40,199 nucleotides of DNA from an uncultured bacterium. GTDB lineage: Bacteria; Verrucomicrobiota; Kiritimatiellia; RFP12; UBA1067. A program made the position numbers and the translations under genes. Every line of letters begins with the position of its first letter. Position 1 is the stretch's first letter. The stretch covers positions 1-40,199 of the forward strand of contig CADAKF010000008.1 in assembly GCA_902788415.1 (NCBI GenBank). The letters run 5' to 3'. Shown piece by piece: positions 17,696-25,328 of this stretch. The notes beneath the pieces were generated by a model that saw only the letters and a program-made list of their open reading frames with translations, was not told where the DNA came from and searched no databases.

Positions 17696-17737
17696 ATTAT
17701 ACACTATTTCGCTTCCGCTGCATGTTGGAGATACAAC
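17696..17737 (-). promoter_or_regulatory. Crp/Fnr class II-type promoter of rubredoxin
   Basis: GTTGgagataCAAC (17724-17737) 22 nt upstream of TATAAT (17696-17701). Confidence 0.7.
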
Positions 17738-17854
17738 GAAAACGGGAAAGTTCCAACAGCCACGCCTCACCCTGTTCTTGCGACACTTTTTCGCATTATG
17801 TCACACTGACGTAGCAGAATATGCTATACTCTCTCTATCTAACAAGGAACAACA

Positions 17855-18313
17855 TTGGTGAATGATATGGACATAAAGGGCATCGACTTTTTGCCGCATC
17901 GAGAACCGTTTCTTTTTCTGGATAGGCTCATCAGCTATTCCAAGGAAGACTCGGTTGGACAGGTAACCTTTGGCGTCGAACGTGATTTCTTTCGCGGACA
18001 CTTTCCCGGCCATCCGATTGTGCCCGGCGTCATTCTTCTTGAGGCCATGTGCCAGTCGGCGGCCGCAGGCGTTCTGGCCTGGCGACGCGACCAAAATGAA
18101 AAGGCCGCTCCCGAGATTCTGCTTTTCGCCGGCGCGGACAACGTCAGATTCCGCCGACAAGTTCACCCGGGTGAAACGTTAGTGACACAGGCCACGGTCT
18201 TGCGTCTCGGACATGGCATCGGAAAGTTTCATGTCCGCGGATCGGTCGACGGCGTCTTATCCGCCGAAGCCGACCTGACTTGCATGGAGCAGAAGGAACC
18301 GACGAGATGCTGA
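17855..18313 (+). CDS. fabZ: 3-hydroxyacyl-ACP dehydratase
   Basis: LPHREPFLFLD, FFRGHFPGHPIVPGVILLEAM; TGcTATACT at 17822-17830. Confidence 0.93.
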   Translation: MVNDMDIKGIDFLPHREPFLFLDRLISYSKEDSVGQVTFGVERDFFRGHFPGHPIVPGVILLEAMCQSAAAGVLAWRRDQNEKAAPEILLFAGADNVRFRRQVHPGETLVTQATVLRLGHGIGKFHVRGSVDGVLSAEADLTCMEQKEPTRC

Positions 18314-19314
18314 CCGTCAAAATCAGCGGAACGGGGTCGTATTTGCCGACTCGCGTCGTAACGAACGAGGAAATGTCCGTGCGCATCGGTTCCACCCCCG
18401 AATGGATCTATTCGCACACAGGCATTGCCAGCCGGCATGTCGCCGACGCGACTGAAAGCGCCGCGACCATGGGAGCCGAAGCGGCGCGCCGCGCGCTTGA
18501 ATCAGCACAGGTGAAGCCAGGCGACATCTCCATCATTGCCCTGACGACAACCACCCCAGATTACTGCAACTACCCTTCAACGGCCTGTCTGGTGCAAAAG
18601 GCGCTTGGATGCAGGCCTGCGGCAGCATTTGACCTCTCGGCCGCATGTTCAGGATTCGTGTACGGACTTGAAATGGTGAAGAGCTACCTTCTCTGCCATC
18701 CGGGCCACAAGGCGCTGGTGATCGGGTCGGAGGTTCTCTCGCGGCATGTCGATTGGGCAGACCGTTCGAGCGCAATGCTATTTGGCGACGGTGCTGCCGC
18801 CGTGGTTCTGGAGACGGTCGACTGCCCTACCCCGCACCTGTCAGCTTCGCTTTTGGGCGCAGACGGCGGCGGATCGGACCTCATTGCGCGTGAAGGAGGC
18901 GCACGCAAGCCACTCAGCGCAAATCTCTTGCAGGAAACGGTGACGAGAATGGATGTCCCGTATTTGCAAATGGATGGACACGCGGTCTATGCCTTTGCAG
19001 TCCGCAAGCTGTCAGAAGTCGTGACCGCCCTCTGCAACCAAGCGCCGACTTCGTTGGAGTCACTTGACCTAATAATTCCGCATCAGGCCAACTACCGTAT
19101 CCTCGAGGCCGTCGCCCGGAGGATGTCCGTTCCTCTCGAAAAGTTCTACTTCAACCTGCAAGACGTCGGCAACACATCCTCGGCATCAATCCCACTTTGC
19201 CTGGACAAGGCAGTCCGGGAAGGATCGCTTAAGCCCGGTATGCGGCTGGCACTTGCCGGCTTTGGCTCGGGGCTGACCTGGGCAGGGATGCTTGCAGAGT
19301 GGCCGTATTTATGA
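18307..19314 (+). CDS. fabH: beta-ketoacyl-ACP synthase III
   Basis: GTGSYLP, AACSGF, PHQAN, GNTSSAS (Cys-His-Asn triad); start overlaps the fabZ end. Confidence 0.95.
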   Translation: MLTVKISGTGSYLPTRVVTNEEMSVRIGSTPEWIYSHTGIASRHVADATESAATMGAEAARRALESAQVKPGDISIIALTTTTPDYCNYPSTACLVQKALGCRPAAAFDLSAACSGFVYGLEMVKSYLLCHPGHKALVIGSEVLSRHVDWADRSSAMLFGDGAAAVVLETVDCPTPHLSASLLGADGGGSDLIAREGGARKPLSANLLQETVTRMDVPYLQMDGHAVYAFAVRKLSEVVTALCNQAPTSLESLDLIIPHQANYRILEAVARRMSVPLEKFYFNLQDVGNTSSASIPLCLDKAVREGSLKPGMRLALAGFGSGLTWAGMLAEWPYL

Positions 19315-19317
19315 GTC

Positions 19318-20007
19318 GTGGAAACGCAGAAATTTGACAATCGACTCAAGATGAAAAATAAACGTCCGCAGACAACGGGCGAAGAGATTGCCAATATGGT
19401 GACGCACGTCATTGGCTCGCACCTTGGAGCGGCAATGCTGACCTTACTCGTTTGGCAAGGATTTTCAAGCGGAAACCTAATCGCATGGAAAGTAACAAGC
19501 GCGGCGGTTTTCGGGGCAAGCGTGATTCTCCTTTACGCCGTCTCGTCGACTTATCATGCCGTTTCGCATGCGCCCGCCAAACGCATCCTGCATATTCTGG
19601 ACCACATGGCGATCTTCTTCTTGATTGCAGGTAGCTACACTCCATTCTGCCTTGTGTCGCTTCGTCCGGAGCATCCCGCATTGGCGTGGTCCATCTTCGG
19701 GATCGAATGGGGCCTCACCTTGGTCGGAGTGGCCTTCAAGATCCTGACGACGGGCCGCTACCGCTTCGTCTCGACGTTTTCATACATCATCATGGGCTGG
19801 GTGGCAATCCTTGCGATAATCCCTTTGGCCCATGCGCTTCAAGATCTAGGAACGATGTGGCTGGTGCTGGGCGGAGGACTTTACACGCTCGGCTGCGTCT
19901 TCTACCTCTGGACATCCCTGCCCTATTCGCACACGGCCTGGCACCTTTTCGTCCTGGCCGGCACGATTTGCCACTTCTTCTGCCTTCTCTGGTACGTCAT
20001 GGCATAG
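19318..20007 (+). CDS. Hemolysin III / PAQR membrane protein
   Basis: EEIAN..TH, SSTYH, LDHMAIFFLIAGSYTPF, HTAWHLFV; alternative start ATG 19351. Confidence 0.93.
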   Translation: METQKFDNRLKMKNKRPQTTGEEIANMVTHVIGSHLGAAMLTLLVWQGFSSGNLIAWKVTSAAVFGASVILLYAVSSTYHAVSHAPAKRILHILDHMAIFFLIAGSYTPFCLVSLRPEHPALAWSIFGIEWGLTLVGVAFKILTTGRYRFVSTFSYIIMGWVAILAIIPLAHALQDLGTMWLVLGGGLYTLGCVFYLWTSLPYSHTAWHLFVLAGTICHFFCLLWYVMA

Positions 20008-20039
20008 TCAATACACATCGACCTTGCCCTCGCGAACTC

Positions 20040-20315
20040 CTACGGATTGCGCTGTTTGATCTTTTGGTGTTGCCGACAAAGCTTCCCGCCCGAGATCGAA
20101 TTGCGCTTGCAACGGTTGCCAGATTTCGTGACGGCTTCGCACTGATGTCTCAACTGCTTGTCCGCCGCAGCATTGGCGAAGGTTGATTTCACTGCTGGCG
20201 CGTTTGTCGCCACAGTGACGGACACCACGTCTGGAACGGCGTTAGTGACCGCAGGCACAGCAATGCAGGAAAGCGCCACTGATAGCGCAAAAACAAGCAA
20301 GGCAAGTCCTCTCAT
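20040..20315 (-). CDS. Small exported protein with a C-x9-C-x10-C-x2-H Zn finger (DUF5763-like)
   Basis: Signal peptide MRGLALLVFALSVALSCIA; CEAVTKSGNRCKR...CRQH. Confidence 0.7.
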   Translation of the reverse strand: MRGLALLVFALSVALSCIAVPAVTNAVPDVVSVTVATNAPAVKSTFANAAADKQLRHQCEAVTKSGNRCKRNSISGGKLCRQHQKIKQRNP

Positions 20316-21268
20316 TTCTTCCTCCAATTCGCAATTGCAACCCCGATGATGATGCAAAGTCCACCGAACGTCGACATTGGCGTCGGGCGCTCGCCCAGAA
20401 AGACCGCAGCGAAAACAACGCCCACAATCGGCGTAAGGTAAAGCCCGACGGTCGCCCGAACGACCCCAAGCTCCTTGCAGGCATAATTCCACATCGCAAA
20501 GCAAGCCGCCGACGCAAGCAACCCGAGAAATCCAAGGTTCATCCAGTTCAGCCAACCGGAGAATCGCTCGACATTCGCCGTCCAATCCAGCGTCACCGAA
20601 AACGATCCGTCAAGCGCACAATATCCGGTGTCGGTCACACCCCAAACGCAAAACGGCAACATCATCACCAGCGCCCATCCAAATGCCTTGCGAATTGCCA
20701 ATCCCGGCGGATAGCCCTTCTCATTCGCCTTGCCAACCAAGATGGAGTAAACGCCCCACGACACCATCGCCCCAAGCGCCATCAAATCGCCAAGCGGACG
20801 AAGATGCAGATTGACAACACCGTTCATGCTCACCAGCGCGACACCGACCACGGCAATCAGCGAACCGACCACAAGTGCCGCGGACAGCGATCGGTCCTTC
20901 GTAAACATCCGCGCAAGTGCCGCAGTCACGATCGGCCCGAACGAAACAAAGATCGCGACATTGCTTGCATTCGTGTAATAGATCGCGCAGTTCTCCAGAA
21001 ACTGATAGCAAAATATTCCGCAGAATCCCATCGCGGCAAACAGCCACTCGTCGCGCCACGAGCGCCCATCACCGTACCGTCGGCGTCTCGCGCCGTGGCG
21101 TTGTACGGCACCCACGATCCACAGCGCCGCCCACGCCAAGCCAAACCGCACGACCAGAATCTCCAGCGCCGAAAAGTCCTCCAGCAGCGCCCGCGTATTG
21201 GCGAACGTCATTCCCCAAATGAGGATGACAACCGCCGCGACCGCCCATGCCCTAAAAACCACACTCAT
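20312..21268 (-). CDS. EamA/DMT family transporter
   Basis: IWGMTF, VRFGLA, GDLMALGAMVSWGVYS, about 10 TM segments. Confidence 0.9.
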   Translation of the reverse strand: MSVVFRAWAVAAVVILIWGMTFANTRALLEDFSALEILVVRFGLAWAALWIVGAVQRHGARRRRYGDGRSWRDEWLFAAMGFCGIFCYQFLENCAIYYTNASNVAIFVSFGPIVTAALARMFTKDRSLSAALVVGSLIAVVGVALVSMNGVVNLHLRPLGDLMALGAMVSWGVYSILVGKANEKGYPPGLAIRKAFGWALVMMLPFCVWGVTDTGYCALDGSFSVTLDWTANVERFSGWLNWMNLGFLGLLASAACFAMWNYACKELGVVRATVGLYLTPIVGVVFAAVFLGERPTPMSTFGGLCIIIGVAIANWRKK

Positions 21269-21449
21269 CGCGCACTCCATCACATTGCGCAACTGGCGCA
21301 ATCTCCGTCTCCACATAATCGGAAGCATCAAGTATTGGTTCGCCAGAGTAATACCGTCGTCGAACGATCATTTCAGCGTCTTCGGCAGAACTCGCCTCAA
21401 CCTCAATCACCCTTTGCAGGGTTTCTGTAATCTGAATTGCAAACCTCAT
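21252..21449 (-). CDS. DpnD/PcfM-family protein
   Basis: ITETLQRVIEVEASSAEDAE...YYSGEPILDASDY pattern; own -10 (TATAAT 21482-21487). Confidence 0.8.
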   Translation of the reverse strand: MRFAIQITETLQRVIEVEASSAEDAEMIVRRRYYSGEPILDASDYVETEIAPVAQCDGVRDECGF

Positions 21450-21595
21450 CTTGCAGACCATACATCACGGACATGCAAGATATTATACAAAATAAGACGG
21501 CGCCGATCCATTGCACTTCAGAAACCTCGCGCAGAACAAAGAGCGTCTATTTTTCCCCACCGCATGCCGCGCATAATGTTTGCAGCGTCCAGCAA

Positions 21596-22450
21596 TCACC
21601 GAACTATTTGCATAGTTCGATCCTTTCCTTTATCGCTGTCACGAAGCCTTGTAAGATCTGGAATCCGGCGGCACCATACATCGTAATCTTTCTCGTATTC
21701 AATCCTTCTCCTCTTGGACAACTCCAGAAACGCCTTAGTTGAATCGACACCAACAAACTTACGCCCAATCAGATTTGCCGCAATTCCTGTAGTTGAACTA
21801 CCCGCGAACGGGTCAAGCACAAGCGCATTTGCCTCCGTACTTGCAAGTAGTGCTCGAACAACCAATGATAGCGGCTTTTGAGTCGGATGCTTCCCACACG
21901 ATTTCTCCCAGCGACCGATAGCCGGCAGTCGCCAGACATCCGTCATCTGCCGATCCCCTGCCAATCGGCGCATAAGATCGTAGTTGTAGTAATGCGGAAC
22001 TCTCTTTTGCTTTCGAGCCCAAAGCAATATCTCCGTGGAATGCGTAAAGAAACGGCAACTCAAATTTGGCGGCGGATTCGTTTTCTGCCAAATGACTGAA
22101 TTGAGAATTCTAAAATCCAACTCCGATAGGACAGTTGCAATAGAAAAAATGTTATGGAACGTACCACAAACCCAAATCGTGCCGGATTCCGAAAGCCGCT
22201 CCCGGCAGGATTTTATCCATTGAAAGTTAAATTCCGTATCCGCTTTCAAGCCACGAGACTTATCCCATGCTCCTTTGTTCACAGACACCTGCTTGCCCGC
22301 TTGGACCGAAAAACCGTCATTCGACAGAAAGTATGGTGGATCGGCAAAAACCACGTCAAACAAGCAAGACGACAATCTCGGGACAACCTCCCGACAATCT
22401 CCCTTGTAAAGACTAAAGTCCCCCTTCGTCGTCCTGTAATACGGTCTCAT
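21596..22450 (-). CDS. dpnA: Beta-class N6-adenine DNA methyltransferase, DpnA/M2.MboI-like
   Basis: FADPPYFLSN.G, VSVNKGAWD, HPTQKP, LDPFAGSSTTG. Confidence 0.92.
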   Translation of the reverse strand: MRPYYRTTKGDFSLYKGDCREVVPRLSSCLFDVVFADPPYFLSNDGFSVQAGKQVSVNKGAWDKSRGLKADTEFNFQWIKSCRERLSESGTIWVCGTFHNIFSIATVLSELDFRILNSVIWQKTNPPPNLSCRFFTHSTEILLWARKQKRVPHYYNYDLMRRLAGDRQMTDVWRLPAIGRWEKSCGKHPTQKPLSLVVRALLASTEANALVLDPFAGSSTTGIAANLIGRKFVGVDSTKAFLELSKRRRIEYEKDYDVWCRRIPDLTRLRDSDKGKDRTMQIVR

Positions 22451-22456
22451 GAGAGA

Positions 22457-23302
22457 TCACACAAAAAGTGTGGCTGCAATTCCGCCTTCAAGTTCTTTAA
22501 TGTTGTAGAGGGTAGGAAGAACTTCAAATGTTTCACGTAGATTTTGCCTCGCGCTTCTCCACCCAGCACCATCCGTAAACCAAACGAACTTGAATCCCGC
22601 AATATCACGTGCCTCAATTGCCAGCATCTTATAACTACGTGCCGTCTCGTTCAACTTCGACCCGCTGCTTCCGTAGAAATTCGTTTCAATCGCATAAACG
22701 CATGTTGATGTATGCACAACAAAATCAAAGCGCTTTTCCGTTCGTCCAGTGTTTGTCAACGACGACAAGTCAATACCCCAACGGTAACGAACCTCGCTGG
22801 CATACATTTCTTTGTAGTATTCCAATCGTGCCTTCTGAAGATACGACTCGACAAGATCTTCCATCAAATGCCCGCCACGATTCTTGCGCCCGTTTGAATC
22901 CAAGCCGGTTTCAACCCCCAAAACATAATCATAGAGATTATTGACTATATGACGCGACATCAAATCAAACAACCCCGTCTTTCGCATGAAGAGACAGTAT
23001 TCATCCGCACTATGCCGTATACGATCAAAACGATAAAGCCCGCCCGTTTCATTATCGACAGCGTATATTTCATGTTCCCGAACAGCAATCAAAATCGGAA
23101 CAACGGATATTATCGACGGATAGCGTGTCAGCAATGCCTTAAATTCCAATTCAACATCTTGACGTCCAATAAGCGAATTTAACAGATGCAACTCCGCCCT
23201 GTAACGTTCTGCGTTTGCCACGACCTTGTCGAAATCAATGTAATAGTCATAACTTGAAATGCTGTCACGGAATTGCGCCAGCCAAGTGTCGAAATCTCTC
23301 AT
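22457..23302 (-). CDS. dpnB: DpnII/MboI-type GATC restriction endonuclease
   Basis: GVETGLDSNGRKNRGG, KRFDFV, IETNFY...GSKLNETARSY, WFTDG.GW. Confidence 0.93.
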   Translation of the reverse strand: MRDFDTWLAQFRDSISSYDYYIDFDKVVANAERYRAELHLLNSLIGRQDVELEFKALLTRYPSIISVVPILIAVREHEIYAVDNETGGLYRFDRIRHSADEYCLFMRKTGLFDLMSRHIVNNLYDYVLGVETGLDSNGRKNRGGHLMEDLVESYLQKARLEYYKEMYASEVRYRWGIDLSSLTNTGRTEKRFDFVVHTSTCVYAIETNFYGSSGSKLNETARSYKMLAIEARDIAGFKFVWFTDGAGWRSARQNLRETFEVLPTLYNIKELEGGIAATLFV

Positions 23303-23306
23303 ACAA

Positions 23307-24302
23307 CTACTCCTTATAATTTCGAATGGCCAGCTCTGAGATCTTACCGCGGCCGTCGGACTTTGAATTGATCATCCGACTCGCCGAGACACGATGAATG
23401 TCAAACCCTTTGAATATCTCCTCGAAAAACATATCGTTCGGGTTAGCATTATGCGGATCCGAGTTGGACAGCAACCACTGATGTCCGTCCTTATCTAACA
23501 GCCGACAAAAATCGGCCAGCCGCTTCTGCTGTTCGTCACCAAAACCTTCTTTTGAATAAGCCGTAAAACTCGCCGTCTGCGTCAAAGGTCGGTATGGTGG
23601 ATCGAAGTAATAGAAGGCACGCCCCTTTACATGCTTCCCGACTTCTTCAAAATCACCATTCAGAATCTCAACCTTTTGAAGAAGTTTACTATCTGCGCGA
23701 ATCGTCTCCTCATCACAAATCAGGGGCTTCACCGCCTTCCCGAACGGGACATTGTAAAATCCTTTTGAATTCACACGATAAAGCCCATTAAAACACGTTC
23801 GATTCAAAAAGATGAACAGTGCCGCCGTTTCAACATCCCCTGCGTTCCTTGTGTTGTAGCGTTCTCGTTTCGCCAGAAAAAACTGCTTGCGTCCATCTTC
23901 GGTCAGGCATGCGTAAAACGCTTTCTGCATTTTAGACAGTTCATGGATCAATTCATCGGGACAATCGCGAATCGCCTTATAGGTTTTGACTAGATCGCCA
24001 TTCAAGTCATTCACGACTGCATGCGTTATATTCGTGTAATTCGACAACATGTAGAAGAGCATTGCTCCACCGCCAACGAACGGCTCGACATAGACGAGGC
24101 CCTGCCGATCTTTAAGGCCATTGGGCAACAACGCCGATAGTTGCTCCAGCAACTGCCCCTTGCCACCGGCCCACTTAATAAACGGCTTCGCCTGCACCTT
24201 CTCACCTTCCGCACACAAACAGGAGGCAAGTGTTATTCCGACAAAGCAAAGGATATGTGCCAAGCTTCGCAAGAAGCGACACGAATTACCTCTGTCTTTC
24301 AT
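23307..24302 (-). CDS. dpnM: Alpha-class Dam-type (D12) adenine methyltransferase, DpnM-like
   Basis: KPFIKWAGGK, EPFVGGG, FNGLYRVN, DPPY; start ATG 24302 (GGAGG at 8 nt) or GTG 24197. Confidence 0.93.
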   Translation of the reverse strand: MKDRGNSCRFLRSLAHILCFVGITLASCLCAEGEKVQAKPFIKWAGGKGQLLEQLSALLPNGLKDRQGLVYVEPFVGGGAMLFYMLSNYTNITHAVVNDLNGDLVKTYKAIRDCPDELIHELSKMQKAFYACLTEDGRKQFFLAKRERYNTRNAGDVETAALFIFLNRTCFNGLYRVNSKGFYNVPFGKAVKPLICDEETIRADSKLLQKVEILNGDFEEVGKHVKGRAFYYFDPPYRPLTQTASFTAYSKEGFGDEQQKRLADFCRLLDKDGHQWLLSNSDPHNANPNDMFFEEIFKGFDIHRVSASRMINSKSDGRGKISELAIRNYKE

Positions 24303-24349
24303 CACCATTCCCTCCAGACGCGAATCGCCGCCGGGGAATTCCGATACAG

Positions 24350-24506
24350 AAAAAGGCGCGCCCCTTCCCCTGTACTCAGCGGTAGCCCTTGCAGAGGCCT
24401 GTCAGAATACAGGAAGAAGGAACGCGCCTTGTGCATTACTGCACATCGGCGCGTTCCCGCAACCATGCCGTTCTGACAGTGAAAAACCTGCAAGTATTTC
24501 CGCTGA
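24350..24506 (-). ncRNA. Structured cis RNA: rod hairpin with an alternative terminator upstream of the R-M operon
   Basis: Five nested stems 24376-24506 plus a mutually exclusive ~22-bp stem with U5 tail (24350-24430); G-U pairs favour the minus strand. Confidence 0.65.
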
Positions 24507-24669
24507 ACGTCGTGTTTGCGTAAACGCAAAAATCAACTGATGCGGTCGGGGGTGGAGCGGGGACGGAGTCGCTTGCGGCTTGTATGCGGCAGGCGTTCCG
24601 CCTGTCCCGTCAGTTCCCAACCTATGGTCCCTACTCACCCGCCCGAAGAATGGGTTTCAGGATGGGAAT

Positions 24670-24678
24670 AGTATACCA
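24670..24678 (-). promoter_or_regulatory. Extended -10 promoter for the R-M leader
   Basis: TGgTATACT on the minus strand. Confidence 0.55.
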
Positions 24679-24739
24679 AAAGTTGTCGCGGGGTGTCGGA
24701 CACGCTGCGCCAATTTTTTGCGCGTGTCGTTTCGCTCAG

Positions 24740-25306
24740 CTACTTCGCCCGACCGTAGGGCGTGGCCGAAGTTTCGCCGGGCATCGCGCCAAAGCCAATC
24801 TTGCGGCGAGGAGTGTCGGGTACAGAAAGCTGCTTGACCAGATAATTCATGCCGCCTTTGATCTGCTTGATGTTGCCTTCCGCGACATCCATGCGACGCT
24901 TCAGCATGGCAATCTCCCGCACATCCTCAACACGCTTCAGGAGCATTTCCCGCAACACACGCGTCGCCCATTGGCGGAAACGAGTGCCCTCAAAAGACTT
25001 CACGCGGTAGCCGACTGAAATGACGACATCAAGATTATAAAGCGCAACCGGTCTGCCACCAACTTCAGAGGTTTTATGCAAAATTTGCATAAAACCCTCT
25101 TTCGGCAATTCTCCTTCCTTGAACACATTACTGATATGTCTCGCGATGACCGACTGATCTCTTCCGAACAATCGACACATTTGGTCTTGGGTCAGCCAGA
25201 CGGTCTCACCGTCGGTCTTGACTTCCATCTTGACGTTCTCACTCTGCTTGTATACTACTATCCGCTTCTGCTCGCAGATTCGATTGACTCTCATTTCATC
25301 TTTCAT
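24740..25306 (-). CDS. RhuM-family protein
   Basis: ETVWLTQDQM..LF, HISNVFKEGEL, YNLDVVISVGYRVKS..GTRFRQWAT; C-terminal coiled coil and RKIGF. Confidence 0.9.
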   Translation of the reverse strand: MKDEMRVNRICEQKRIVVYKQSENVKMEVKTDGETVWLTQDQMCRLFGRDQSVIARHISNVFKEGELPKEGFMQILHKTSEVGGRPVALYNLDVVISVGYRVKSFEGTRFRQWATRVLREMLLKRVEDVREIAMLKRRMDVAEGNIKQIKGGMNYLVKQLSVPDTPRRKIGFGAMPGETSATPYGRAK

Positions 25307-25328
25307 AACAGCCCTTTCTTTCGTCTTA

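Noticed and set aside
24376-24506. 6S RNA
   Set aside because: The rod with a bubble is suggestive, but the apical stem is short and the overlapping terminator and leader position fit a cis switch better; a cmscan is still needed
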